Shown here one piece after another: positions 1 to 12,067 of a stretch of 64,000 bases of DNA (position 1 is the stretch's first letter; every line of letters starts with the position of its first letter). The stretch spans positions 91,388,001 to 91,452,000 of the forward strand of contig JANJGN010000009.1 in NCBI GenBank assembly GCA_026770705.1, in the 5' to 3' direction. This DNA comes from Isurus oxyrinchus (taxonomy: Eukaryota). Position numbers and translations under genes: made by a program. Below the pieces are notes generated by a model. It saw only the letters and a program-made list of their open reading frames with translations. It had not been told where the DNA came from and did not search any database.

Positions 1-134
1 ACTCTAAAGGCATCAAGGTTTATGGGGAGAGCACAGGAGTACAGTGTTGAGATAGAGGATCAGCCGTGATCATACTGAATGGCGGAGCAGGCTCGAAGGG
101 CCAAATGACCTACTCCTGCTCCTAGCTTCTATGT
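1..134 (+). mobile_element. CR1 LINE 3' end
   Basis: gatcagccgtgat...gaatggcggagcaggctcgaagggccaaatgacctactcctgctcc matches the CR1 3' UTR also seen at 21117-21200. Confidence 0.85.
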
Positions 135-449
135 GAGTGATCCTATCTACTAGAGGCTGTGTTGGAAAGACTGAAAAGTCAAAAGTTGAGATTGCATATG
201 GTATTATGTTTGTGCAGGTGGTGAAGTGAATGCTTATGGTTGTGTAAGACGTATCGACTATTTAAAGTGAAATTTGCACTTTTATTTGAAGTATCATTTG
301 CCAGATAATTAATGTGTAATTTATTTTGGTTCTGGTTGTGTTAAAGTAAAAGCTACCAAAGTGGAATCTTGTTGATAAATTCTTCCTTTGAGCGCTATTC
401 AGTAAATTCGGTTATTTTGATTTACAGTTTCCCCACAGCGATCGTAACA
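135..449 (+). mobile_element. Possible 3' part of an LTR (solo-LTR remnant)
   Basis: T-rich tract ending GATCGTAACA, an LTR-like TAACA terminus similar to 42641. No internal domains. Confidence 0.35.
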
Positions 450-885
450 CTGAAATTTGAAGACATTGAAGAAAACAAAGGGCTGTGGTCATAAACAATT
501 GGCTATGAAAGCAGCTAATCCTTATCCATTTATAACACATCTATAAGGGTGTTATATCTGAGGCAATGTTCTGGCAGAGCTGCTTGGCCAATGTGCCCCC
601 AACCGAATTAATAAACCATACACAATCAACATTTCCTTTAAGAGAATGCATGTACGGTTATGCAGCAATTTTAAAGGAACTAGCAGTACATTGAACAGAA
701 TGCGCACACCAAAGTTAGATCTGAGGTACTAAAATGATGTGAGACAACCGCATAATTCATCAGACATTTACGGCTGAATTTTCCCACCTTAGGATTTTTT
801 CCTGGTTGGTGGAACCATTTACGGGTTGTGACCTAATCACCACAAAGCAGGACTGGAGGTACAATCTTGCAGGAGTGTCTAATTT

Positions 886-2015
886 TTTATTTATTTATGG
901 AATGTGGGCTTCGCTGGTTGGACCAGCATTTATTGCCCATCCCTAATTGCCCTTGAGAAGGTGGTGGTGAGCTGCCTTCTTGAACTGCTGCAGTCCATGT
1001 GGTGTAGGTACACCCACAGTGCTGCTGGGAGGGAGTTCCAGGATTTTGACCCAGCGACAGTGAAGGAACGGCGATATATTTTCAAGTCAGGATGGTGAGT
1101 GTCTTGAAGTGGAACTTCCAGATGGTGGTGTTCCCACCTATCTGCTGCCCTTGTCCTTCTAGATGGTAGCAGTGGTGGGTTTGGAAGGTGCTATCTAAGG
1201 AGCCTTGGTGAATTTCTGCAGTGCATCTTGTAGATACACACTGCTGCTACTGTACACGGTAGTGAAGGGAGTGAATGTTTGTGGATGTGATGCCAATCAA
1301 GTGGGCTGCTTTGTCCTGGATGATGTCAAGCTTCTTGAGTGTTATGGGAGCTGCACTCATCCAGGCAAATGGAGAGCATTCCATCACATCCCTGACTTGT
1401 GCCTTGTAGATGGTGGACAGGCTTTGGGGAGTCAGGAGCTGAGTTAATTGTCGCAGGATTCCTAGTCTCTGGCCTGCTTTTGTAGCCATAGTATTTATAT
1501 GGCTAGTCTAGTTCAGTTTCTGGTCAATGGTATCACCCAGGATGTTGATAGTGGGAGATTCAGTGATGGTAATGCCATTGAATGTCATGGGACGATGGTT
1601 AGATTCTATCTTGTTGGAGATGGTCATTGCCTGGCACTTGTGTGGCACAAATGTTACTCGTCGTTTGTCAGCCCAAGCCTGGATATTGTCCAGGTCTTGC
1701 CGCATTTGGACATGGACTGCTTCAGTATCTGAGGAGTTGTGAATGGTGCTGAATATTATGCAATCATCAGCGAACATCCCCACTTCTGACCTTATGATGG
1801 AAGGAAGATCATTGATGAAGCAGCTGAAGTTGGTTGGGCCGAGGACACTACCCTGAGGAACTCCTGCAGTGATGTCCTGGGACTAAGATGACTGAACTCC
1901 AACAACCACAACCATCTTCCTTTGTGTTAGGTATGACTCCAACCAGCAGAGAGTTTTCCCCCTGATTCCCATTAACTCCAGTTTTATGAGGGCCCCTTGA
2001 TGCCACACTCAGTCA
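886..2015 (-). mobile_element. CR1/Jockey-group LINE ('family B'), 5'-truncated RT C-terminus plus 3' UTR
   Basis: FADDC RT motif, QDLDNIQAWADK, IYKAQVRDVMECSPFAW. 3' tail of the GGGCAATTAGGGATGGGCAATAAATGCTGG type. Confidence 0.9.
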
Positions 2016-2614
2016 ATTAAGAAGGGTCCTCCAGGATCACCATCCAGTTAGGGGCAGTGGGTGGGTTGAAGAGGCGGGAGGGCAGTTGCACAGATGGCCA
2101 GCAACCTTCTCTGTAACTGTAGTGAGAGTGCTGCTGGGGGGAAAGAGATGAAAGAGTGAGAGGGACGAAATGGAGGCAGGAAATGGCTGGAGGAAACGGG
2201 CGCCATTTCTTCACCACCAGCATAATTGTTAACATTGGTCTCCAACCTCTGCCTCTGAGTGATGTCAGGCTTACTGATTCACACTTTTAATGGGAAGACT
2301 GAATATTATTATCGTGATGCTCCACCCTCCCACTGTGCACTCACCTCCTGTGGGTTGACAAAGCCACAGACACAGCGGGGAATTCCATGCGCAGCTGATA
2401 AAATTACATTACCTGCAGGAAATTCCTGCTAAGTACCTCATTAAAGACTTCAACTGGCTTTCCGCTATTGCTGGGTGAGTAATCATTTTTGCACAGCAAC
2501 TGCCTCTGGGAAAAGCAGAGGAGATGGGGACATATCTGCATTCCTGTCCAACATCATTTCTTCTAATCTTCCTCACACCTTCACACCTCCAAACCCAACA
2601 ACAATTGATGCAAG

Positions 2615-2765
2615 TTGAATGGTCACCATTACTGAGACTAGCTTTCAATTCCAGATTTTATTAGTTGAATTTAAATTCTACCAGTTGACATGGTGGGATT
2701 TGAACCAATGGTCCCAGAACATTAGCCTGGGTCTTACTAACCTAGTGACATTACCACCATTACCC
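2615..2765 (-). mobile_element. tRNA-headed SINE (family B partner), 5' part
   Basis: Reverse complement reads GGTGGTAATGTCACTAGG...CCCAGGCTAATGTTCTGGGA...GGTTCAAATCCCACC, matching 18290-18690. Confidence 0.75.
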
Positions 2766-3267
2766 CCATCTATAGCTTCTTGGGTGCATGATGAATCTGA
2801 AGATAAACCATTCATCATTCTTTCCACCATAGCACAAAAATTGCTACAAACCCATCTCCTCAAACATAACTGTATCCCAACATCCTCAAAGTTCTCTTTC
2901 CCCTACCATCTCTGACCCTAGCAACTCTCTCCCAAGTCCCCCTACACTGCATAATCATCATCCAAAATCCCTTTTCTCCTCTCCATTGTTGGGGGCCAAT
3001 TCTCCTCTCCCCAATTCTTTCACTCCATTTCCCCCAACCCTCCAGATCTTGCCAATCCTTTTCTTTTGCTTACAGGTCCTGATTTCAAAGTTGCAAAGCC
3101 CCCAGCCTCTAAGAACTTCCTCTGAGCATTTCCACAACCCTACTCGCAGCCAGGCAAGATTCCAACACACTCAACACAGTGTTCTCACACACCCTGGCAG
3201 CCAACTCCCTATTCTGACAATCCAGCACCCTTACCTCAGGACTCCAATACTACCAAACCACCACTGA

Positions 3268-3730
3268 ACACAAGAACCAAAGAAATAGGAGCAGGAGTAG
3301 ACCATACAGCCTATGGAGTCTGAACCACCATTCAATATGATCATGCCTGATTTTGGGCTTCAACTCCACTTTCCCGCCTTCTCCCCATTACCTGAGAGAC
3401 CAAAAATCTGTCTATCCCCGCCTTAAATGTATTCAACAATGGAGCATCCACAACCCTCTGTGGCAGAGAATTCCAAAGATTCACAACCCTTTGAGTGAAG
3501 TAATTTCTCCTCATCTCAGTCCAAAGGATTGGCTCCTTATCCTGAGACTGTGACCCCATGTTTTAGACTCCCTGACCAGTGGAAACAATTTCTGTGTCCA
3601 CCTTATCAAACCCCTTCAGAATTTTGTAGATTTCAATGAGATTGCCTCTCATTCTTCTAAACTCCAGAGAACATAAGTCCAATTTACTGAGCTCTCGTCA
3701 TAGGACAACCCCTTCAGTTAAGGGACCAAT
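3268..3730 (-). mobile_element. CR1 LINE 3' fragment
   Basis: RRNYFTQRVVNLWNSLP ORF2 C-terminus plus CR1 3' UTR. Confidence 0.9.
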
Positions 3731-4014
3731 TCAGAAACACTGTTGCATCACCTCGATGCAACTAGGCTATTTAAACATTACACCTCTAGCAATGCTTCCA
3801 GGCCCCACACTTCCCTCCACTTCTTTGCCCCATGACCCTCTTTTCAAAAGGCGTAAATAATCAAAAGCTAATCTTTGTAATCTGCCTGTTTGCGTTTCTA
3901 TCAGATATCTCTCTAAGGTCAAAAAAATCTTAATACAGAAATATTCCCTGTTTGCTAAAGCTCTGCTTCTGTCACAAAGATATCCAGTCACATGTCTATT
4001 TTAGAGTTACTCAC

Positions 4015-4166
4015 ATTTTGGACTAGCCAGTTGCTGCTTATGCTGCTCCTCCTTCTTATCTGATAGTTCACACACTTTAGGTTCCAATGGGCTGGTAGAC
4101 CCCAGTTAATGTCAAATGTTTTGCCAGTCTTTGAAATATTTATTCCCCAAGGAGGAGACAGTTTTA
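4015..4166 (-). CDS. il13ra1: IL13RA1-like exon 6 (D3 first half) (V)KLSPPWGINISKTGKTFDINWGLPAHWNLKCVNYQIRRRSSISSNWLVQN
   Basis: Acceptor tttcttgtag|, donor |gtgagt, 152 nt, phase 1 to 0. VKxxPP...W..P...C..Y FnIII pattern. WSxWS, transmembrane and cytoplasmic exons were not found and are presumably left of the window. Confidence 0.92.
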
Positions 4167-4564
4167 CTACAAGAAAATGGAACATATCATCATTATGAGG
4201 TTCAATGTTGCCCACTGAACACAAATATTACCAGAATTTCATGATGCCACTGAAACACAAGGCTCCAATCATTGGGCTACAGTTTCAAGTCAGGTCAAAT
4301 GTTCTGTTTTATTCTGTTGGATTTTTACTGATGCTTCGGAAATGGTATTTCTCAACTTCATCCTTAAATTCACACAAGTTATTCAACTTGAACTGAGTGC
4401 CATGGTCAAGGCATGGGTAATGCCTCTGGGCCTCATTAAATCATGCCACTTCACTTGCGCCAGTTGATGCATGCTCATTGCAACATTCCAGTGACTGGAA
4501 ACACCTCCGCTCATTGGTTTCATCTCCGAGGCAGCCCCATGCGCTGAATTTGATTTTGTTATCT

Positions 4565-4915
4565 ACATTCAGGATATGTCCATTGCTGGCAAGGCTGGCA
4601 TTTATTGCCCATCCCTGGTTGCCCTTAAAAGGTGGGAGTGAACCTTCTTTGTAGCAGTTTTGATACAGCTGAATTTCTTGTGAGGCCAATTCAGGGACCA
4701 ATCAAAAATCAACCATGTTGGTGTGGGATTAGAGTCCCATCGGCCAGACCGGTTTAAAGATGGCAGATTTCTTTCCACAAAGGGCATGAGTGAATTAATT
4801 GCACTGACAATCTAACAGGTTCATGGTCAATTTTACTCATAATAAATTGTTTTCTTCCTTTGAATTCACATTCTGGATGACAAGTCCAGTAACATAACCA
4901 TTACATGACTACAGA
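4565..4915 (-). mobile_element. tRNA-headed SINE (family B partner)
   Basis: Reverse-complement similarity to 18290-18690. Confidence 0.75.
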
Positions 4916-4999
4916 ACATTAATGGCTCCTGCACTGTGTTACAATGACCATGAGAGGGGAAGTATGGTAACATGAATATGGTGTACATAACATTACCTG

Positions 5000-5255
5000 A
5001 AGAGCAGTCCCATGACATTATCTGAAGAGCAGAGGTATTCTCACTTGTGTCCTGACCAATAATTATCCCTAACCAAAATCTCCAAAACATATTATCTGGT
5101 CATTACCTCATCACTATTTTGCTGTGATCAAAAAGGCTGCTCCATTTCTATGTAGCAACAGTGAATACACTTCAAAGGTACCTCATTGGTTGTAAAGAGC
5201 TTTGGGATGTCCTGAGGTTGCTAAAATTGCTAAATAAGTGGAAGTTTTTCATTTT
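5000..5255 (+). mobile_element. Deu-domain SINE (SacSINE1-like), 3' fragment
   Basis: attatctggtcattac...cacttcaaaggtacctcattggttgtaaagagctttgggatgtcctgagg tail. Confidence 0.75.
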
Positions 5256-5344
5256 AACAATGGACAGCCTTGTGTGATGTCCAAGTCGCTTGGCTGCTAA
5301 GGTACTACTATCCACAATACTAATTCTCAGACATTTTCAGGTAG

Positions 5345-5455
5345 GGGGAAACAGTGGTGTAATAGAAATGTCACTGGACTAGAAACGCAGAGGCCCAGGT
5401 TAATACTCTGGGAAAACATGAGTACGAATCCCACCATGGCATTGGGTGGAAATTA
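5345..5455 (+). mobile_element. tRNA-headed SINE, 5' half (split by Harbinger insertion)
   Basis: aatgtcactggactag...gaggcccagg...gaatcccaccatggc head; sequence resumes at 9938. Confidence 0.8.
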
Positions 5456-5699
5456 GGGAAGAATTTTGAGGTTGTCGGGTGGGGATGGCGGGCAGGCCTG
5501 CAAGTGGCAGGGGAATGGGCCGCTGCCTGCAATTGGCCCCTGACTGTGATTTCATATTGGTGGGCCAATTAAACATGGCTGTACACTGGGTAGAACCCTG
5601 AGGGCTGCCAGGTCCAATGGCGACCCGGATGGCCGGTGATAAAGCAGCCCAGGCTGCCACAGATGGACGTCTGTTCAGTGCTCCCAATGGAGTCGAGTG

Positions 5700-7080
5700 C
5701 TGCACAACATGGCAGGGGGGAGGGAAGATCAAGTGGGCACTTGCCTCATCGTTCTTGTGGAGGATGTGGCTGCCTGGAGGGGCACCCTTGTCCCCAGAGA
5801 TGGGAGAAGGAGGAGGCCACTGCACCTCATCAAGAGGGCATGGGGGGGGTGGGTGCCAACCATGATGTGGTGTGGCGCATATGGATGCAGTACCAAAAGT
5901 GCTTCAATGGCCTGCAGCGCTCAGGAAGGGTGAGTACCATGCCAGCAGTGTGCAGAAGTATTAAGGTCTGGCTGTCCCCTCCTGGATCTCAGGGGTGCTA
6001 GAGCCTGAGTGCCAACTGTCAATAGTACCGGAGCTGACCAATAGGATGAGCCTTGGCTGCTTGGATTGAGCGCCTTGCGGCTCGAGGGCCACGATTCAGA
6101 TGTGCCCTGCGAGGTGTTCCTCAGGTGGGATTGGCCAGGCTGCAATGGTGCTGCAGTTGGAGAGTGGACTAATCAATGCTCCTCTGTCCTTTCAGGAGAA
6201 GGCAAGCTATAACTAGGCTGAGAGGGCACGTACAGGCAGAGGGCAGCCCATACCTGCTGCTCAGCAGATTCGAGCAAGACGTCCTGGAGTTCGAGAGCTG
6301 GTACACTCCCTGTGCAACCAGGCGTGGAGAGGCAGACATGCCAGACGAAGAGCGCAGTACACAGAGGTGAGATTTTTGGCTTATGCAACCATTCTAGTGT
6401 AGTCTCTTTATTGATATGAGTCTTGAACTTGGGCATCCCCATTGACCATTGAAAGACAAGGGCACCAAGATGCAGATCTCCATTGTCTCACCAGGGTGCC
6501 TGGCATGCACAGTGACAGTGTGATGACTTTAGATAATGAAATGTCCTTGCTGTCCCTTAGATTCACTAGCAGGCATTCGCTCTGTGGAACATGAAGGGCC
6601 ACCCCTGACACCGGAGGACTACCGAGCTTCTGTTGCACCGGCATCACAGCCGATCTCTGCCAAGCAGGCACCAGCACAGATACCAGCACCTTGGTGGGCA
6701 TTAGAGCGGTGGTGAGTATCTCCGTGCACATTGGTGAGGGTACCACACACTTGCTTGACGTCCAGGCGGAGGCAGAGAGTGCCCAGGGTGCCAGTGTGGG
6801 AAATGAATGAGGCACCCAATGTCCCAGCTAGGTGCCTGTCCATCAGTGGTGAGCAGGGAGGTCCTGAGCAACCTCGCGTTGGCTCATGAGCTACTTGTCA
6901 TCTCTGTGGGCTCCTCTCAGGGTGCTCTGGATGACAACAGCAGCTCCTCCCCAAATCTGCCAGTCACCGTGGCATCTGACGAGTCTGCGGTGACTGGGGA
7001 GATGCCAGCTATGCCATTGGCTGCTCTCTCTCAGGCGGGGCCAGCACAAACTCCACGGGCCAGAGGATGACCGCCAAGGT
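5700..7080 (+). pseudogene. Harbinger ORF2, Myb/SANT-like DNA-binding protein, spliced and decayed
   Basis: LVEDV...LVPRDGRRR...KRAW...RIWMQYQKCFNGL followed by |gtgagt (about 5930); acceptor tttcag| at about 6195 leading into EKASYN*AERARTGRG. Confidence 0.65.
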
Positions 7081-7532
7081 CATCAAGACCAACAGGACAG
7101 CACAGTTAGTAGGCTGTCTCCAATGCCGGTGCCAGCGAGGGGGAGGGGAGTGGAGGGCACCAGGATGTAGCACTTGCAAACTTAAGTTAAAGGCACCATG
7201 AACACAAAAAGGGCAGCTCACAGGTGATTTTATGTACATGTATGTTTACTTTATCTACACTGGTCTGAGAATGAAGACCAGAGAAGTCCAATCAAATAGT
7301 TTGGAATTGTCAAAATGACATAAATTTTGTTTTTGTTATCATGGGTTGAGAATGCTTCACCTTTTTATTTTACTGGTGCAGGGTATACCAGTATGTAATG
7401 CTGGACATAAGTGGTTCTGAACTTTATTGTACAGGCAATGAGTGTTCTTTGTGTTCAAATGAAAGGATCATTTCAGACGTCCAGGATGGAGCCGGCAGCC
7501 CTGGCATGAGGTTGAAGCTGATCTTTGGCAGC

Positions 7533-9470
7533 CTAGCTGAAGCAGCATTGGATCAAGGCATCCCTGCCTCCCTGGAGGTTACCAAGGTCTGCCTCCACGC
7601 CCTCAGCATTCTCTTCACCAGCTGCGTCAAGATCCTCTTCCTCTAGTGAGTCCCTCCTTGCCAGTGCCAGATTGTGGGGAGTGCAGCATGTGACCACTAT
7701 CAGTGACAGCCGCTCTGGAGGGTATTGTAGTGCACCTCCTGAATGATCCAGGCATCGGAAGTGCATCTTCAGAAGACCTATGGTCCTCTTTACCACAGCC
7801 CTTCTGGAGGCATGGCTCCTATTTTAACATTGCTCTGCCTCTGTTCTTGGGTCTCGGAGAGGCATCATGAGCCATCTTTTCAACGGATAGCCCTTGTCAC
7901 TCAGCTGCTATCCATCCAGTCGGGCTGGAGCACTGAAGAGCCTCGGCACCTGGGAGTGTCTCAGGATGTAAGTGTCATGGGAGCTGCCTGGGTACCTTGC
8001 ACAGACTTGCAGAATCTGCATCCTGTGGTCACACACTACCTGCATGTTCATGGAGTGGTGTCCCTTCCTGTTGATGAAGTCACCCGGCTGACCCGCTGGT
8101 GCTTTGATGGTCACATGTGTGCAGTCAATGGCACCCTGGATGCAGGGGAAACGGGCAATCACTGCAAAGACTCTGGCTCACTCAGCCAGGTGGGCCTTGT
8201 CCGTACAGTAAAGAATAAGTGTGCCATGACACTAGGAAGTTCTGACGAGCAAAGGGACCTTGACGTGTGTGTCCATAGATCTCTGAAGGCGGGGGGCATG
8301 TTAGCGGGCTGGTGAAAAAAGCATATGGGATACCTGCCTTTAACAATTGAGGCATTGATTACAAAAGTAGAGAGGTCATGTTGGAGTTGTATATAACTCT
8401 GGTGAGGCCGCAGTTGGAGTACTGTGTGCAGTTCTGCTCGCTACATTATAGGAAGGATGTGATTGCACTGGAGGGGGTGCAGAGGAGATTCACCAGGATG
8501 TTGCCTGGAATGAAACATTTAAGTAATGAAGAGAGGTTGGATAGACTTGAGTTATTTTTGTTGGAGCAGAGAAGACTGAGGGGTGACCTGATCGAGGTGT
8601 ACAAGATTATGAAGGGCATGGACAGGGTGGATAGGGAGCAGCTGTTCCCCTTATTTGAAGGGTCAGTCACAAGGGAACATAAGTTCAAGGTGAGGGGCAG
8701 GAGGTTTAGGGGGGATGTGAGGAAAAACTTTTTTACCCAGAGGGTGGTGACAGTCTGGAATGCGCTGCCTGGGAGGGTGGTGGAGGTGGGTTGCCTCACA
8801 TCCTTTAAAAAGTACCTGGATGAGCACTTGGCACGTCAGCCAAGTGCTGGTAAATGGGATTAGATAGGTTGGTCAGGTGTTTCTCATGTGTCAGTGCAGG
8901 CTCAATGGGCCGGAGGGCCTCTTCTGCACTGTGTGATTCCGTGATTACTCGCCTGAACAGAACTTATGTCACCAGCTTGACGCAACTGTGAACAGCTGAT
9001 TGGGAGATTCCACAAAGATCTCCCACTGACTCCTGGAAAGAGCCAGAGGCATAGAAGTTGAGGGCCACTGTGACCTTCAGAGCCACTGGCATGGGATGTC
9101 CACCCACACAGTCGGAGCTGACCTCAGGGCCGATCATCTGACAAATGGAGGTCACTGTCTCCCTTGAGCCTCCTTCAGCACTGCACCTCAGACATATTGA
9201 GTCAGCTGCATCACAGCCTGTAAACCCTGGCAGCAAGGTAGTGACATCTTCTGTGGCCCCTTCCACCGTGGACATCCTGTTGGCCCTGCACCCCTTGTAC
9301 TTGCGCCTCGCCTCCCACAAGTTGCTCCCCTGGAAGCTGAATAGGGACACCTGGCCTCCTCTCCTTTCTGCCCCTCTCTTCCTCCTCAGAGGAAGTGCCT
9401 CCAGCGGAGACCACAATCTCCATAACCAGGGTATGGGAAGGCTGTCTGATACTTGGAAGGGCCCACACAG
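7533..9470 (-). pseudogene. Harbinger (HARBI1/DDE_Tnp_4-like) transposase, disrupted
   Basis: ALNFYASGSFQ...CGISQSAVH, GAIDCTHV, NRKGHHSMNMQVVCD, YPGSSHD, DKGYPL, RTIGLLKMHFRCL. Broken by stops/frameshifts and a CR1 insertion. Confidence 0.92.
8225..8946 (+). mobile_element. Young CR1 LINE 3' fragment inserted in the Harbinger transposase
   Basis: 161-aa ORF LVRPQLEYCVQF...RRLRGDLIEVYKIM...FFTQRVVTVWNALP; (GTGATTCY)n tail. Confidence 0.93.
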
Positions 9471-9937
9471 TCTGAATCCCCTGGGGTCCTGGCAGATATC
9501 AATGAGTCCTGAAATGAAGCCTGGAAATGTTAACAATGAAGCCCCAAACAGAGATGAAGCTGCCAAGTACCAATAAGTCACCAGCAGCAAACTATCTCCA
9601 AAACTGCTCACTATTCACACTGGCAATGCTGTGGACCCTTTTTATTCCGCCCTTGGATGAGGTTTTAGAAAATGTTGGCTGGCCACCTGCCCGTTTTGAC
9701 CATGCCCAGTGCAAAATCACATGGGCAATGAAAAATCAACATCAATTGGACTGTTAGTGGCCTTGGGTGACCTGTTAGTTAATGGTGGGCGCGGCTCCAG
9801 CACTCGTGAGCGGCCGCCAAGCGAAATATCGTGCGAGTGCACGATGACGTTGGGATGTTCGCCTGACATCACCGAGTGCCATTTTATGCCCGATTGGGTC
9901 GGGCATGCGCTTGCCCGCAGGACATAAAATTCTGCCC

Positions 9938-10207
9938 TTGAGTTCAATTTAAAAATCTGGGATATCAAGTCTCAGTATGGTGACCATGACATCTATTATT
10001 GCTTTTAAAAACCCATCTGGTTCACTCATGCACCTTTAAGGGAAGGAAATCTGCCATCCTTACTTGGTCTGGTCTACATCTGACTCCACATAAAGCAACA
10101 AATTTGACTCTTAATGGCCAAGCAAGCCACTCAGCTCCAGGGGAATGAGGGATGGGCAACAAATGCTGGTCTTGCCAGTGATGCCCACATCCCCTTAAAG
10201 AATAAAG
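9938..10207 (+). mobile_element. tRNA-headed SINE, 3' half
   Basis: aaacccatctggttcact...gggaaggaaatctgcc...gggatgggcaacaaatgctgg...gcccacatccc; continues 5345-5455. Confidence 0.85.
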
Positions 10208-10972
10208 GAAGTATAGCAGTGGGTAGTATTTCTGAGAATTAGCATTGTCTAGTCTATCAAGGTCACCTGGCTACTACCCTGTATAATTCTTTGCTTTGTC
10301 TGCCTTCATGTCAGTGGTTGTCCTCCAGTGTGGTTAAGTCTAAAAGTAAATCCCACCCAACCTGCAACTCCCAGGTAGAAATATTAGTACAACAGTAATT
10401 GCCAAGGCCAACAGAGATATCGAATTGCAGAGCAGGCTCAAAGAGCCAAATGTCCTACTCATTCTCATAAATTCTACATTCCTATTTCAAGACAGTTAAT
10501 CTGTAAAGATTATTTGTACAGTAAACACTCCATATGATTTGATACAATTGATGTTTCTCAACTGGGTTGGACACCGACCAACTGATTTCACAACACCGAA
10601 GGCAGGGTTCCGTCAAGCTATTTACATAAACTGCAACTGTTCAGCATCATCTGATATTTGAGGTAGTTTTGTCTTATGGGATGGGATTCGAGACTGTCGC
10701 AACTCAATTTATATGGAATCTTAAAAATAGTATATAAATACCCTCTAACCCATCAGTCCACATTGGATTTGATACCAAGTCTTGGAGATGAATGAATAAT
10801 GAGCTATTCCATTGGACTATCCAGTCTCCCAAATAAATGCAACTTTGTCCAAAGACACAAAGATTTTTTACTTGCAGACTGGCTGTAAAATTGGAGACCA
10901 GTTACTTGTTATTAATAACTGACATGGATCATGGTAATGCACTCATCAATAAACTTATGCTGAACATCCCAG

Positions 10973-11545
10973 TGCAGTACTGAGGGAATGCTACAATGTC
11001 AGAGGAGCAGGGCTGAGGGAGTGCTGCCCTGTTGGAGGGGCAATACTGAGGAAGTGCTGCACTGTCAGAGGTTCAGTACTGAGGGAGTGCTGCACTGTCA
11101 GAGAGACAGGACGGAGGCAATGTTGCACTGTCAGAGGGGCAGTATTGAGGAAGTGCTGTACTGTCAAATGGTCAGGAGTGAGGCAGTGCTGCACTGTCAG
11201 AGGGGCAGGACTGAGGAAGTGCTGCACTGTCAGAGGGCTAGGGCTAAAGGAGTGCTACACTGTAAAAGGGTCAGGACAAAAAGAGAGTATTGCACTGTCA
11301 AAGGGTCAGGACTGAGGGAGTGCTGCACTGTCACAAAGGCAGTACAAAGGGAGTGCTGCACTGTTAGAGGGGCAGTACTGAGGGAGTGCTGCACTGTCAA
11401 AGGGTCAGGACTGAGGGAGTGCTGCACTGTCAAAGGGTCAGGACTGAGGGAGTGCTGCACTGTCACAAGGGCAGTATTGAGGGAGTCCTCAATTGTTAGA
11501 GGGGCAGCACTGGGGGAGTGCTGCACTCTCAGTGACGCTGTCATA
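10973..11545 (+). repeat. 32-bp minisatellite (about 18 copies) derived from a Deu-SINE segment
   Basis: Unit about GCAGTACTGAGGGAGTGCTGCACTGTCAGAGG; a single-copy counterpart lies in the SINE at 34657-34680. Confidence 0.9.
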
Positions 11546-11677
11546 TATTAGGGCTATGGGTTAAAAATTGCTCCACAGATTCCTCAGTTATGACCTTGCT
11601 GGTGTGAATGGCAGTGACTGAGGAAATTGCTCACATTCAATTGATTTGGATTTGATGATACAACAGGTGTAACTTAC

Positions 11678-11865
11678 CGAAACTTGCTGTTTCGAGGTTG
11701 TAAAAGAATGGCTTTATCTTCGCACTAGCACTTACTCCTGTGACACAAATATTCAAGTCCGTTTGATCATCGAACTGATCACGTTCAAGATGGCAGCCAG
11801 CATCCAACCTGCCATCTTTTGATATGTAACTGGTACAGTTCTGGATGATGTCCTTTCCATCTTGC
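11678..11865 (-). CDS. il13ra1: IL13RA1-like exon 5 (D2 second half) (W)QDGKDIIQNCTSYISKDGRLDAGCHLERDQFDDQTDLNICVTGVSASAKIKPFFYNLETASF
   Basis: Acceptor cacag|, donor G|gtaagt, 188 nt, phase 2 to 1. Contains the second Cys pair (C...GC) and KIKPF, similar to KIKPSF in mammalian IL13RA1. Confidence 0.95.
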
Positions 11866-11946
11866 CTGTGTGATAATAAAGCAGATTTAGTCTGCATATA
11901 TATGTACACCAAGTGAATTCATCCATCTGTTTAAACACTCCATTAC

Positions 11947-12067
11947 CAGTAATTGAAGTTATAGACTGTGTCAGATGGTGCTTTACTTCCGATGTCCCAA
12001 GTGCAATTTATGTGTTCAAAGTTGTAGTAAATACATTTGATGTTTCTGACAGCAGTACCTACATCAC
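11947..12067 (-). CDS. il13ra1: IL13RA1-like exon 4 (D2 first half) (G)DVGTAVRNIKCIYYNFEHINCTWDIGSKAPSDTVYNFNY(W)
   Basis: Acceptor ttttgcag|, donor TG|gtaatg, 121 nt, phase 1 to 2. C-x9-C-x-W class I cytokine receptor signature. Confidence 0.95.

Larger units (their letters stand above)
5456..9937. mobile_element. Full-length, decayed PIF/Harbinger DNA transposon
   Basis: TIRs GGGAAGAATTTT (5456-5467) and AAAATTCTGCCC (9926-9937), flanked by TTA/TTG. Contains convergent Myb-like and DDE transposase ORFs. Confidence 0.9.

Noticed and set aside
2409-2560. Candidate next il13ra1 exon (CAG|gtaatg donor-like site at about 2412)
   Set aside because: No WSxWS or FnIII similarity in the translation and no convincing acceptor; the region looks repeat-derived.
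7533-9611. Domesticated HARBI1 host gene
   Set aside because: Multiple stops and frameshifts, a CR1 insertion, and enclosing TIRs show it is a dead transposon copy.
10988-11551. 187-aa Cys/His-rich ORF resembling a zinc-finger or metallothionein-like protein, plus its antisense ORFs
   Set aside because: It is the translation of a 32-bp SINE-derived minisatellite; the peptide motif shifts with frame and there is no gene structure.
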